A DNA stretch of 45,266 bases from contig NC_068996.1 in the NCBI RefSeq assembly GCF_001194135.2, forward strand, positions 4,590,879 to 4,636,144, in the 5' to 3' direction. Source of the DNA: Octopus bimaculoides. Taxonomy: Eukaryota. The notes beneath the pieces were generated by a model. That model was not told the DNA's origin and made no database searches. It saw nothing but the letters and a program-made list of their open reading frames with translations. This document shows, piece by piece, positions 12,978-25,830 of this stretch. A program made the position numbers and the translations under genes. How positions within the stretch are numbered: position 1 is the stretch's first letter; each line of letters begins with the position of its first letter.

Positions 12978-13190
12978 CTGGCAGAGTTGTTAGCACGCCG
13001 GGCGAAATCCTTAACGGCATGTCATCCGTCTTTGAAATCCGAGTTCAAATTCTGCCGATCTCTATTGTGCCTTTCATCCTTTTTGGTTCAATAAAATAAG
13101 TACCAGCTGAGCACTGAGGTCGATGTAGTCGACTTATCCCCCCACCCACCCACGAAATTGCTGGCCTTGTGCCAAAATTTGAATTAAACA
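12978..13190 (+). mobile_element. SINE family B, variant with a different 3' tail
   Basis: tggcagagttgttagcacgccgggcgaaat...gagttcaaattc...gcctttcatcc...ataaaataagtaccag. Older degenerate copies appear to flank it at about 12810-12910 and 13415-13560. Confidence 0.85.
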
Positions 13191-15771
13191 TTTGTTCTGG
13201 TTCTCTATGTTCTGAGTGCCCAGGCAGGATGACGTCCTTGTCTGGATCAAGATGTCTTGAAAAAATATCTGAAGGAAAGTAATGGGAACCCTGGAACTTT
13301 CCATGACAAGTACAAAGCTTGTCCAAAGTTACCAGGAGTATTTCATTAACCTGCTTGCACAGAAAGAACACTCCATTGTTGTCTTATGCGAAATTTATAC
13401 AGATTTCTTTAAACACGGCTAACTAACAGAGTCATTCGAACATTGACCAGAATGCTTCGCAGAGTTTTTGCCGACCTTTGCATTCTGAGTTCAAATTCCT
13501 TTGAAATCAAAATTGCCTTAAATCCTCAAGAGGTGGATTAAAGGAATACCAGTCCAGGAAAGTGAATTGGTGGAATTAGAATGGTGTTGGACGGGATCAT
13601 TTTCAATATATCTTGTGCATCTTCGTGTTCGAACACGGCACTAGTGCCAAGTGTGTATCGGTCCTAAGGCGGTGATCCTTCTCATGGTTAGCACTGATGG
13701 TGTGGAAATGAGAAACTTGCATGCATGTGCATCAGCCAGAGCCAGTCTTCCACTAAAAGTGCAGATACATGGTTAGCCCTAAAGACAGAAACCCTAGGCA
13801 GAGGATTATCAATTAAACTGGATTCTAGTATTTTCTGGCTATGAATAAGAAACCTATTATTTGTATTGTCAATAAAGGTTATAAGACGAAACTTAATAAA
13901 TATTTGCAGCTACTTTCAAAAATTAAAATGCGTTTACTCGTCTCTTCAGTTTGCGGTGTGAAAAACTTGTCCGTATCAGGATGATAATAGGGTGTTTTGT
14001 AAGAAATAACCCAAGGTAACGCGAAAAAAATTGTGTTTTCCTAACAATATTCCATTTCAAATAGTCAACGCTGATCCAGAAAGTTACCAGTGATCGTTCT
14101 CCAATTTGAAGCCTTATAAATAATGGAGTGAAAGTACAGATCACTATTGTAAATATAGAAAAGCAGACAGTTAGCGACTGAGTTGTTGTTGATGCTGATG
14201 AAGCCCATGTTGAGTAGACTTATGATTAGGTTCTTTATAATTCCTTTATAATTAGTGTTACCGCTCAGTTTAAAACCACCTGCTAACATTATGGATGCAT
14301 TTGACAGAGACCTCTGTAATAAACATTCGGATTCAGTTTCCAGTCTAAGACTACTTTCCTCCTCCCGTAACCGGTGTCAAAGATTCTGTAAAGACTCATG
14401 GCCACTGTCTTTCTCTTGAAGATAAAAATACACATTATCCAGTTATCCAGTGTGTCTCGTTTTTTTTTTAAGGCAGTAGCATTTATTTTATGTAAATTTG
14501 GTAATGATGTCTAGCAGAAGATATTCCGTAGGTTTGTTATAAGTGACTGATTGTGTCGTTGAGTTTGCAGTAATACACTCAACTCATCCTGTGTGTGAGG
14601 GGGGGGGGAGAATATATATTTTGTAAAGAGATAGTGTCTAGGTGGTTCACTTTCTTTTAATAGTCTTTCCAGTGACACATTCTACAAATATTCTGTAATC
14701 AACGAGTAAGCGAGGCCACCGTCTTCAACTTAAATGTTACCCTATAATACTATGTAACTGTCGAGTATTCCCCTTTATATGGGTATGCAGGTATTTTGAA
14801 AATACCTCACGGATACAGGGATACAGTGGTGGATTGTGAAGAGGTAGTCGAAGAACTCAAGTGATCCAATGGTACTTCTTACATTGATGCTGAAGGGAAG
14901 AATCCTAGGAAATCAGCGGTTAGGATGACTAATCGGTATCAAGAGAGTAACTGCAAAGCATCCATGGGGTGGCATCCATAGTTGTGTAATCAGCGAATGA
15001 CAGATTCACTATGACTCAAGCTTCCAATTTAAATTCATAATAATGGAATTGGATGGCAACAGAGTCATGGAAATCCGCGAAACCAGCGAAAAAGAACATT
15101 CTTCTATATTAATTCATTATTTTATTTCCATAATATTTAATTTTTGATAATATAATATTATAATCCTAACCCCAATCCTAACCCTTCACAACCTTGATCA
15201 GCGTCTTTTTTTGTTTTTGTTATTACTAGGAGCTAAAACTTCCATTGTGCCTTGGTTCAGTAACTAATTAAAACTTGGGTGTTTGGTTAAAAATTCCATT
15301 GGAATCCCTATCTTTGGGGAATATTTTTATCAAGTGACTACATTTGTATTGTGTAAGCTAGTTAAATGGGAGCTGACTAACTTGTAGAGGTGATTTTCGA
15401 TGCATTGTGTTACCCATATTAAAACCAAGTCCATGTCAAGATTTCGATGAAACCGTTTATTTATACATAAACATTACATTGATAACAATTGTTATTAACC
15501 AGAAGGTGTATTACTGATTACCAGTAGCAAATTATGCATGTATGTTTGCCAAGAATTAAATAGTTATGTTTTTGTATGGGGCATGAGATGAGAATTAATA
15601 AAACCCTGGTACATGCTTCGAGAAATATAAAACAATATTGTGTTCATGGTAGACGAAATGTTACTTTTTAAGCCGATGCTAATCATTTGAGCAAGAATTT
15701 TGGGTAATTTTTCAGAGTTAGGGCTAGGGTTCGCAGAGGTAGTACTGGGGGTCCCTGAACTAAATTCACAA

Positions 15772-15805
<34 letters not shown>

Positions 15806-16178
15806 NNNNNNNNNNNNNNNNNNNNNNNNNNNNNNNNNNNNNNNNNNNNNNNNNNNNNNNNNNNNNNNNNNNNNNNNNNNNNNNNNNNNNNNNNNNNNNN
15901 NNNNNNNNNNNNNNNNNNNNNNNNNNNNNNNNNNNNNNNNNNNNNNNNNNNNNNNNNNNNNNNNNNNNNNNNNNNNNNNNNNNNNNNNNNNNNNNNNNNN
16001 NNNNNNNNNNNNNNNNNNNNNNNNNNNNNNNNNNNNNNNNNNNNNNNNNNNNNNNNNNNNNNNNNNNNNNNNNNNNNNNNNNNNNNNNNNNNNNNNNNNN
16101 NNNNNNNNNNNNNNNNNNNNNNNNNNNNNNNNNNNNNNNNNNNNNNNNNNNNNNNNNNNNNNNNNNNNNNNNNNNNNN

Positions 16179-16225
<47 letters not shown>

Positions 16226-16236
16226 ATGGATAGATG

Positions 16237-16270
<34 letters not shown>

Positions 16271-16371
16271 TAGATAGATAGAGAGATAGAGAGATAGATA
16301 GATAAGGATTAGCATATTAAAAGGGATCCGTGGGACAACCCGTTCGAATAAAAGGGTTGGGAACCCTTGTG

Positions 16372-16391
16372 AAAAAGGTTGGGAACCACTG
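16372..16391 (-). mobile_element. Orphan hAT/Charlie-like terminal inverted repeat
   Basis: The minus strand reads CAGTGGTTCCCAACCTTTTT, typical of hAT-Charlie MITE ends; a second degenerate copy lies at about 16350-16369. The matching other end was not found and may lie in the gap. Confidence 0.3.
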
Positions 16392-16953
16392 AGCTAAACT
16401 ATTCCCTACAAAGAACCATTAGATCCACAATTCAGCTCCCATACTGCATTAGGTAATCACTTCTTAATAGCCTTTCTTCGTCACGTGATTCTATAAACAA
16501 TGGAATTTGTTTTATTATTCAACGCCTCTCAATATGTTCTTTACTGTGCTTATGGGTCAGTCGTTTGCCTTTACAATATTGATTCGTCCAAGATTATCCA
16601 ATTTAGATTAATAATGTTTATCTCAGAAAATCTTATTAAATTCTCTGATTCCTGTATATTATTCAAATTTATATTGCATATCTTAGAGTATCAGATAAGC
16701 CTTTTGGTAAAATACTTACTTTTGATCTGAGATTCTAAAACAAATATCGTGATTTTTATAATCTACTCCAAAGAACTATAGAGCTGAAGTTAATTTACGC
16801 ATGACTTGTGTCTCCCAAGGATCCTAATGGAAAAGTTTGTTAAATCGAGAATAACAATGTAAACACTACAAGTTGAAAGGTAGAGGAATTTAAGATTTCT
16901 GTCAAGAAATTACATCAGAAATGATAAACAACAATCTAATTATCACTATTGTA

Positions 16954-16954
<1 letters not shown>

Positions 16955-17047
<93 letters not shown>

Positions 17048-17265
17048 TCTTCCCCTTCTCTCTCTCCGTTTCTCTCTCTCTCTCTTTCCCTCTCTCTCTT
17101 TCTCTCACTCTCACTCTCTCTTCCTCTCTTTTTCTCTCTCCGTTTCTCTCTCTCTCTCCGTTTCTCTCTCTCTCTCTTCCCCTCCTTCCCCTTCTCTCTC
17201 TCTTTTGCTCTCCCTTCCCCTCTTCCCCCATCTCTCTCTATCTCTCTCTCTCTCTCTCTATCTCT
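16955..17265. repeat. (CT)n and CT-rich low-complexity tract
   Basis: Direct reading. Confidence 0.95.
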
Positions 17266-17749
17266 TTTAGTTTTATTCATCATTGTCTAAGATTTCGACA
17301 TTTTTATCATCATGAACACCAATATATACACCTTTCCCTATTGTTATAATCGAAATTCTTCGACTTAATTATATAGTTCATATAATGAATACGACTGACC
17401 GTTTAAACACCCGCCACGATAAGAAGAAATGGAAGATCAATCCTGCAATGGACATATATTCTTACCTTCGTCTGACTAAGTCAATTTACTTGATGGTGAA
17501 TGCGACGTAAACCACACACACACACGCGCGCGCGCGCGCGCGCACACAACTCTCCTAAAATTATCACAGGAAACCATCATGCATCTTTTTGAGCACAGAT
17601 CAGAATTTGAGCTTCTGGAAAATAGTGATTCAAAAGATCTTAAAAGCTCCACGAAAGAAACCGTCACATACAAAATATAATAGTACTTTATACATACATA
17701 CATACATACATACATACATACATACATACATACATACATACATACATAC

Positions 17750-18533
17750 TTTGAAGACTATGCGTTTGCAATACAAGAACAGGAGATTGCCATAAAGTAC
17801 CTGGTGAACAAGAGAGACAGTGATGCTCTTATAATCCCAAGGTGCAACCACGTGTGTAGGGTATGTCATGTATTTGTGGAACACATCACGCATGTGATTA
17901 GCAGTTGTCCTAAAATGTCACCGCGGTACTACCTCCCAATGCAGCACGATGTTGTTGCTAAAACAATTTACAAAGACATCCGAAAAAAAAAAACTACCCT
18001 GAAATAAACTTAGAGAATCCCTCTGTTATGGAATACATTCATCAACACCAAATCAAGGAATACTCGTGGAATATTCCCATCCAAACATCTGTGAAATGTA
18101 AACATAACAGATTCGATATTGTTGTTTGGGACAGAGGGGCAAAGGTATGTACCGTGATAGAGGTCAACTGCCCTGCAGATATAAGTATCTCTTTGAAAAT
18201 CAAAGAAAAAAAGAGGATATCTATGGACAACTGCTTTGAAACCTCCAGCTTCTATATCCAGACTATGAATTCATATTCATACCAATGATAATAGGAGCAT
18301 TAGGTTTTGTTAGTAAATGCTTAAAGGAGAATCTGGATAAACTAGGATTTTCAGAAAGGGAAACTGACCGACTAATTCGTACATGACAAGTGCAAACTGT
18401 AAGTGGAACAGTAAAAACATGCAAGACTTTTCTCAAGTTCTAAATGTGAATTTGTTCTTTGTTAACTATATATTTGCTGGAAATCGGCTTCCTCCTCAGT
18501 GGACGATTTATAATAACTAAACAATAGAAGAGA
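17750..18533 (+). mobile_element. 5'-truncated R4/Dong-like non-LTR retrotransposon (CCHC knuckle plus restriction-like endonuclease), lineage Z
   Basis: Conceptual translation across 2 frameshifts and 2 stops: FEDYAFAIQEQEI...CRVCHVFVEHITHVISSCPKMS..HDVVAK...HNRFDIVVWDR...IEVNCPAD...KIKEK...IPMIIGALG...GTVKTCKTFLKF*. Stop at 18441-43; (CATA)n on both sides. Confidence 0.9.
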
Positions 18534-19039
18534 CATACATACATACATACATACATACATACATACATACATACATACATACATACATACATTCATACAT
18601 ACATACATACACACAGACATACAAGGAAGTGCACGCGCGTATAGGCACACATATATTAGCCTTCAAATATGAATGTACATTTACTCAAGAATGTATGTGT
18701 GTGAATGTCTACGCATGCATATATAAATATAAACTTGTTTCTAGTTTCAGTATGCATTAGAAATATTTGAATCCGTAAGAAAATCATTCACTGTATTTTT
18801 CCATGAAGAAAACTTCTTGCTACAAGCATATATACATATATATGTATAAATATATATATTAAGAGTAATAACCCAGAAACCGGTCCACGGATGTTGGTTT
18901 GTGCTGGATGTAGGGGCTGGACTCCCTGTTAAAAAATATAAGGTCACGGATATTGTGTCGTATAGCCAGCTGGAAACGATTTTCCTTGCGGCTAAACAAC
19001 AGTAACAATCGTCCATTCCAGGACAGCCACATTATGTGA

Positions 19040-19367
19040 GCAAATAGACTCCAGGACTTATTCTTTGTAAGCCTAGTACTTATTCTATCGGTGTCTGTTG
19101 CCGAACCGCTAAGTTACGGGGACGTAAACACACCAGCATTGATTGTCAAGCGATGCTGGGAGGGGGGACAGGCATAGACACACAGACATATACATGCATA
19201 TATATATATATAGTTTCCGTCTACCAAATCCACTCACAAGGCTTTGGTCGGCCTGGGGCTATAGACACTTGCTATAGACAACTTGCCCAAGGTGCCACGC
19301 AGTGGGACTGAACCCGGGACCATGTGGTTGGTAAGCAAGCTACTTACCACACAGCCACTCCCGCGCC
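19040..19367 (-). mobile_element. SINE family A, near-full copy
   Basis: The minus strand starts GGCGCGGGAGTGGCTGTGTGGTAAG (A box), has CGGGTTCAGTCCC (B box), an internal microsatellite and the conserved 3' body. Small internal ctatagaca duplication at about 19259-19281. Confidence 0.9.
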
Positions 19368-19651
19368 TATATATATANNNNNNNNNNNNNNNNNNNNNNN
19401 NNNNNNNNNNNNNNNNNNNNNNNNNNNNNNNNNNNNNNNNNNNNNNNNNNNNNNNNNNNNNNNNNNNNNNNNNNNNNNNNNNNNNNNNNNNNNNNNNNNN
19501 NNNNNNNNNNNNNNNNNNNNNNNNNNNNNNNNNNNNNNNNNNNNNNNNNNNNNNNNNNNNNNNNNNNNNNNNNNNNNNNNNNNNNNNNNNNNNNNNNNNN
19601 NNNNNNNNNNNNNNNNNNNNNNNNNNNNNNNNNNNNNNNNNNNNNNNNNNN

Positions 19652-19692
<41 letters not shown>

Positions 19693-20428
19693 TATATACA
19701 TATATATATATAATCCACCGATTAAATCCAGAGATTTTCAGTATAGAAGACACTTAGTTGTGCTCAAGAGATTCAAACTTAGACCCCGATGTGTTTACAG
19801 GGAATCATCCCACAAGGTAAATAATGGCTGTAAGAGGGTTCAATATGAGAGGGTATAGAGGTAATTATGCGCATAAACAAATTAGATACTTTAAATATAT
19901 CAAATATATTAGCTTGTGTATGAAATGCAAAATATGTATATATATATATACATGCAAAACAATGGAAAGCAAAAGCTGGAAAACTTCTGATGATGAATTT
20001 TTAAGTCTAAATATATAGATATTTATATTAATAAGTTCAATTTACACAGAGTACAAACGATAGAGAAACTTAAAGCTATGATAGAAAGGCTTTATAAGTG
20101 CAACAGCGGTTTCTGGAGGTTCGGAGATCCATAATAATGTTGGTATATATTGTTCATCACAATATGTGGCCGTAATGGATGTACTGAACATTGGATAAGA
20201 TGAGCATCCGTCATCAGGGTAGAGAAGATCTTACGTTGCAGATCTTAATGTAGAGAAGTTCATAGGTGGAATGATTAAATATGGAGAGCTAGTTGTATTA
20301 GAGGGAGCTGTATTAGAGGGAGGTCGGTGGTGTTATGGTGATATTAAGACAGGGAATGATGAGAGGAAACCCAATTAACCCCCACTCAGGAAGAATGAAG
20401 GGCTAATTGTTTCTGTATACACACACGC

Positions 20429-20487
<59 letters not shown>

Positions 20488-20694
20488 CTACACTTCTATA
20501 ACAGCCAATATATATGTCTGTGTGTGTGTATGTGTACACACATGCATAAACAAATAGTAACTGATGGATAGTGAACCACAATCCATCTGCTTTTTTTATT
20601 GATGAGCAAAAGTGTTACATCATGCAAAAGCATTTATCAGGTGAATATAGTTAAGAATTAAACATTTTGAACTTCTCAAGAATAATTACATACT

Positions 20695-20925
20695 TATTTC
20701 TTTACTGCCCACAAGGGGCTACACACAGAGGGGACAAACAAAGACAGACAAACGGATTAAGTCGATTTTATCGACCCCAGTGCGTAACTGGTACTTAATT
20801 TATCGACCCCGAAAGGATGAAAGACAAAGTCGACCTCGGCGGAATTTGAACTCAGAACGCAGTAGCAGACGAAATACCGCTAAGCATTTCGCCCGGCGTG
20901 CTAACGTTTCTGCCAGCTCGCCGCC
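20695..20925 (-). mobile_element. SINE family B, full length, 9-bp TSD
   Basis: Reverse complement closely matches 10737-10968. TSD ttacatact at 20686-94 and 20926-34. Confidence 0.92.
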
Positions 20926-21041
20926 TTACATACTGTCATATGACTCTAGTGGTCCGACCGAATTTGGATCGGTAGAATCACCTGGCGACTACGCTACTTT
21001 TTTTTTTTGCATGATGTAACACCTTTCCCTGTATAAGTTAC

Positions 21042-21135
21042 ACTTCATATTCGATGAAGTTATAAGATGTTATTCAGGCACTCAATGTGGAACCCACTGG
21101 ATCTTGTAGCGGAAACAGCTGTAAGCTAATGAAGT
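21042..21135 (+). ncRNA. Type I hammerhead ribozyme motif with long stem II and extended stem I
   Basis: Distal stem I ACUUCAU(21042-48)/AUGAAGU(21129-35); core UCGAUGA(21051-57); 10-bp stem II GUUAUAAGAU/AUCUUGUAGC with two GU pairs; GAAAC-AGCU-GUA(21112-23), identical to the 10316 motif. Confidence 0.6.
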
Positions 21136-21480
21136 CCATAATATAATCATTGATTCCTTTGTCACCACATTTCCTTATTATCGCTCTCGTCTGCTCTGGT
21201 CAGTACAGAAACGTTCGTCCGCTTGTTTTTTTGTTTTTTTTTTGTCGTTGCTCTTGTCTGGCAACCGATCAGTTGTAATGATTGACCTATGAATAATGGC
21301 GTTCCAGCTACGTCAATCGTTTTCTCTATTTAAGAACTACATCAACCATCGTTGTCCTACATTTTTGCCCTTCTTGCGGCATTTCAACTTTAAACAACTA
21401 GGAATTCTAGTGAAACCTGACTTCTATATTTATATTCTGAACTTGTTGCTGTTGATACCATTTTTTTATGCTATTGTTGC

Positions 21481-21487
21481 AGTAGTA

Positions 21488-21536
<49 letters not shown>

Positions 21537-21595
21537 AAGAAGAAGAAGAAGAAGAAGAAGAAGAAGAAGAAGAAGAAGAAGAAGATGATGATGGC

Positions 21596-21652
<57 letters not shown>

Positions 21653-21700
21653 ATAGTGGTGGTGGTGGTGGTGGTGGTGGTGGTGGTAGTTGTTATTGCT
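21481..21700. repeat. Compound trinucleotide array (GTA)n-(GAA)n-(GAT)n-(GGT)n-(GTT)
   Basis: Direct reading. Confidence 0.95.
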
Positions 21701-23374
21701 GTTGTTGTTACTGGTGCTGATATCGCCAGCTCACCGCTGATCGAGAGCTATGATCATAATAATTATGACTCAACGTGTTTCAGTCATAATTATTATGTCT
21801 TTGTTTTTTTATGTATTTTTTTATCTTTTTGCTAGAGTGTGTCTTGGACTACATCGTGCAATTTATACCTTCCATATTTACGACGGGAGAATGTTAATTT
21901 ATGGGGGCTAGATCTATTATTTCTACCACGAAGAAACTCATTTGTTGGTTTATATATTTCGAAGTTGATATCTACTGTCAAGCGTCATAGGGAAATCTTG
22001 TTACTGAAGATAGAAAAAGTAAATGTAGGGCGGAAAACTTCATAAACACATTGTGTTGAATCAAAGAACTTGCGACTTTAACATTTCTAATCTGATATTG
22101 ACCTTTTAACTGCTTTAACTAAATCAAAACACCTAGAACTAATCTCATTCAGTTACATTCCTTCGTATCTACACTTATTTCTACATTTCCACAAAAGTAA
22201 TGTTAACTGTTTTTATACAGAGTTCAGTTAAAGAAAGAGGTTTAAAGCAGAGTCCATGACCTTTGCGATGGGACCTTTGCGTGACCTTACTGTTCTCTGA
22301 CAAACTGGATAAGAATGATGAGACTCAGAGTTTAAAAATGATTCATAAGTTCAGTCCTCGCTCTTGTATATGCACATAAACATGACGCTTCGTTATAAAT
22401 AGTATGGAAACAATTCAAAATGGTGTGTTTAATCACACGATTTGAAAATATGAGGTAAATACTCCTGATATATTTGTAGATGATAACATTTTACTAATAT
22501 TGGTACTCATCTAAAAGAACATTCCGTTACTGAATTTCCTTTTGGAAGTAAATTGTTTATTTTTACTGCAAAGTGTCTGTGATCTTTTAAAAAATTGCCA
22601 AAAGAAAATTATCACCCCCGCCCAAAGTTCATGCTTTCATATCTTGTGTGAGTTTTTGAAGCTACCTAAATATGCTAGAAAAAATTTTAAAAAAACAGAG
22701 CGTGAGAGACAGAGACAGAGAGATAGATAGAAATAGACGGAGAGAGAGAGTCACACAGACAGAGAAACAGAAGGTGGAGGTAGGTTTAATCTTGTTTATG
22801 GTAAAGTGGCACTGGTTCGTAGATTACAGAACGGTTTCACATTACCAAATGAATGAATAAGAAGTAGAAATTGTCGTCGAGTGAACTAAAGCACTCTTAG
22901 TATTACTTTGAACCCATCGAGTGAAATAAGATGGTGTGCTGTGAAGACAAGACAATTATGCTGTCTAGGTCGCTATACTGTATCGTCCTATATCGGAGAA
23001 GAAACAATGAGTTAGCTGGTCATCTTGTAAACAAATATTCTAAAGGGTATAGCGTTGCTAAATCAATATCAATTTATTATAAAAGTGGTTGATTGTATTT
23101 GAAAGCAGCCCCAAATCTGAATTTTACCAGTAAATTAATCTACATATATGCGCACGTGTGTGTTTGTATATTTGTGTATAAGTGCGGTGAGTATGTGCGT
23201 GTGTATGTGTGCGTGTGTATGTGTGCGTGTGTATGTGTGCGTGTGTATGTGTGCGTGTGTATGTGTGCGTGCGTGTGTGTATATACATATATACATGCAT
23301 ACAGGCACATATATTTACATAAACATATTTATCTATTCTATTATCCACCAAAATTTAATACTAGACTGACCAAC

Positions 23375-23510
23375 CTTTCTTTGGAAAGGACTAAATTGAT
23401 ATTCACTTTATCGACCTCGGCGAAATTTGAATTCTGAACTTAAAGACAGACTAAATTGTCGCTAAGCATTTTGCCCGTCGTGCTAACGATCCTACCAGCT
23501 CGCAGCCTTA
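23375..23510 (-). mobile_element. SINE family B, internally deleted
   Basis: tttatcgacctcggcgaaatttga...gctaagcattttgcccgtcgtgctaacg...ccagctcgc; the segment between two TCGAC words is missing. Confidence 0.8.
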
Positions 23511-24149
23511 ATAATATTCCAAAAGCCAGTTTATATTTGTCTGAAGAAATAGAAAAAAATCATTCTTATTCATGTATACTTCCATACGTTGTCCACAAGA
23601 AAAACAAACATGATGACACATTTTTCCTATTTTAAATCTTTGCCTATTTTATTCATCTTTGGCGAGTTAAGACGAATCAAAGCAGAGAGTCGTAGAGTCC
23701 AAAACCAAGAAGATCAGGTCAGTAGACCGATTACTTAAATTGGTATAGTTAGCGTTAGAGCTTCCTGTGACATATAACATGCGTTATATCTTGAATGTTG
23801 AGGTGGTTTTTTATTGTATTCTGTTTTGCTATTTAAGTTATCTGTAGGTGTGATCCGTGTAGACTTGTTTGATAACGCATAGATTGATGTTTTATACACA
23901 TCGTATCTTACTGTAGTTTGTTTTCCAGAAATTTGGTATCCAGGCATGGCTGGCATAACCCACACTACTTCTAATGTATTATTTGTACTTGTTGTTGTTG
24001 TTCCTTCTTGTTGGTCATATGTGGAACCTATGATTGCTGTATGTTTGTGCTTTACATTCCTCTTAATTTCTCTGTGATTTATTGCTGAGACACATCAGAC
24101 TGCTAGTGTGTTTGTCTCTTGTCTCCTGCGTTTGTGTGTGCGTGTGTGG

Positions 24150-24700
24150 TATAATTATGTTGTTCCGTTTGTACGCCCCGTAGTGTTGTCAATAATTTTG
24201 TTTGGATCTCTTTTTATCATTCGCAAGGGACATATTATAATGGGAGTGGGGTTGACGTTGTTTCTCTTTTCAGATTGTACATTCTAGTTATCTCTGTTTC
24301 TAAGCCTTTACATTTTACACAGTCTCCAGTGTATGAAAATTTCTTCTCACGTCTAGTCGTTTACTCCCAACTCTTTCATGTCTCTTTCATACACTGTTTT
24401 TGCTAAGACTGAACTACCAGAAACAATGTAACTGATTGTTTCTTCATAACCTCAACATACTCTGTTGTTATTTTGTATACTGCTTCATTATATGTTTCGT
24501 GTAGTTTCTGGTGGGAAGGTTTTGGTCTTGTGCTGCTATCAAAAATCTGTCTCTCTCAGACTTAATTTCTGTCGGTGCTAGTATTTTGTATTTTACTTGT
24601 TATGCACAAATATCTCGAAAATGGTTAAGGAATTTTCCTCTAGAAATTAATATATTTTGTAGCCTCATTTTCTTTTACAAAATTAGTCTTTGAATATTTA
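24150..24700 (-). mobile_element. Degenerate R4/Dong-like LINE C-terminal region, related to 31637-31912
   Basis: Minus-strand fragments FLIAAQDQNLPTRNYTKHI, C*GYEETISYIVSG..VLAK, IHWRLCK and KGLETEITRMYNLK. Confidence 0.8.
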
Positions 24701-25775
24701 TGTTGTTTTCTGCCGTTTTCTTTACGTAATACTTTATCTCAGCGTCTGATAGGTATCTGTTGGTTTCTCCGATGATGGAAAAATATTGTTTCGTCTTTGT
24801 TTTGTTCTTGCTTTAGTAGTTATTTATTTAAATTTCCCTTTATTCTTACAAGATATACTTTTGTAATCCTACAGTAAATATTGATTAACTGTTTTCCAAA
24901 TGCAGAAGATCCCTGCCTTTCTTTTGTTTTCTTGATAAATATAATCTTACTGCAACAGTATTTTGATTTGATTTTATATCTTAGTTCATTGGAACTGGCA
25001 CTGCCGTTTGCAGGCTCGCTCTACAAAACTGGTAAGGTCAACGTGGTTGGTATTCGGCTTAAATAAAGTCAGTTTGGTGTCAGTTTAAGTAACATTCAAC
25101 CTACCTACGCTCTCAGATCAATCTTGTCCGAGGTCGACTTTACTAGTTATCATTTAGGAAGTTTATAAATAAGGCCCAACCGAATAAAGAAGGAACGAAG
25201 TAGGAACATCCCATACAGTCACATACACAAGTACACAGGGGTATAAAAGTCAGATATAATGGATTTCCGTCGTTTTCAAAGATGAGTTCGATCAAATGAC
25301 TTATTTATTGTATTAAAATATAAGTGTCTGAATATTCCACAGAAGATAGTGACTTTAATGTTATCCTCAGGCAATGAGTCAATGTAACACGACATATAAC
25401 AAGAGTTGACCTTTTGGATTACAGATAACTCCATCATATAGGCTTCTACAGAATTTCTTTCTACTCAGTATCACTTACAACTACAAAGTAATACACCGAA
25501 CAAAATTAAATAATAGGACAGAAGATAGCAAGAAAAAAACAAAGAAAAAAAAGGAGGATTGGCAGAAGAGACAATAGGGAGAAGCATAGAACGATAAGTA
25601 AGAAGATAAATATTTGCTTATTGCAGGCGATACATTTGAAAATGATAGCGTGAAACCAACAGGAAGTAAATGAAATAATGAAACCGAGCGGAAATGTAAG
25701 TGCGGAAACAAAACAAATTGAATGCACGGGTAAAATGCAGAATTGTTTACTTCTCTGAGTGTGCGTCTTTCTCTC

Positions 25776-25830
<55 letters not shown>

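Noticed and set aside
13045-13371. 108-aa minus-strand ORF with complex middle part; DDVLVW word on the plus strand
   Set aside because: Its end overlaps a SINE, no convincing donor site or recognisable domain was found, and the RT-like word is followed by stops.
22200-22260. Branch-point and acceptor-like tgttaactgtttttatacag followed by SSVKERGLKQSP*
   Set aside because: Such acceptors are common in AT-rich DNA and no partner exon can be identified; RNA-seq would be needed.
23735-24085. About 115 stop-free codons on the minus strand
   Set aside because: No ATG near the start, no recognisable motif, and an A-rich strand next to a LINE relic.
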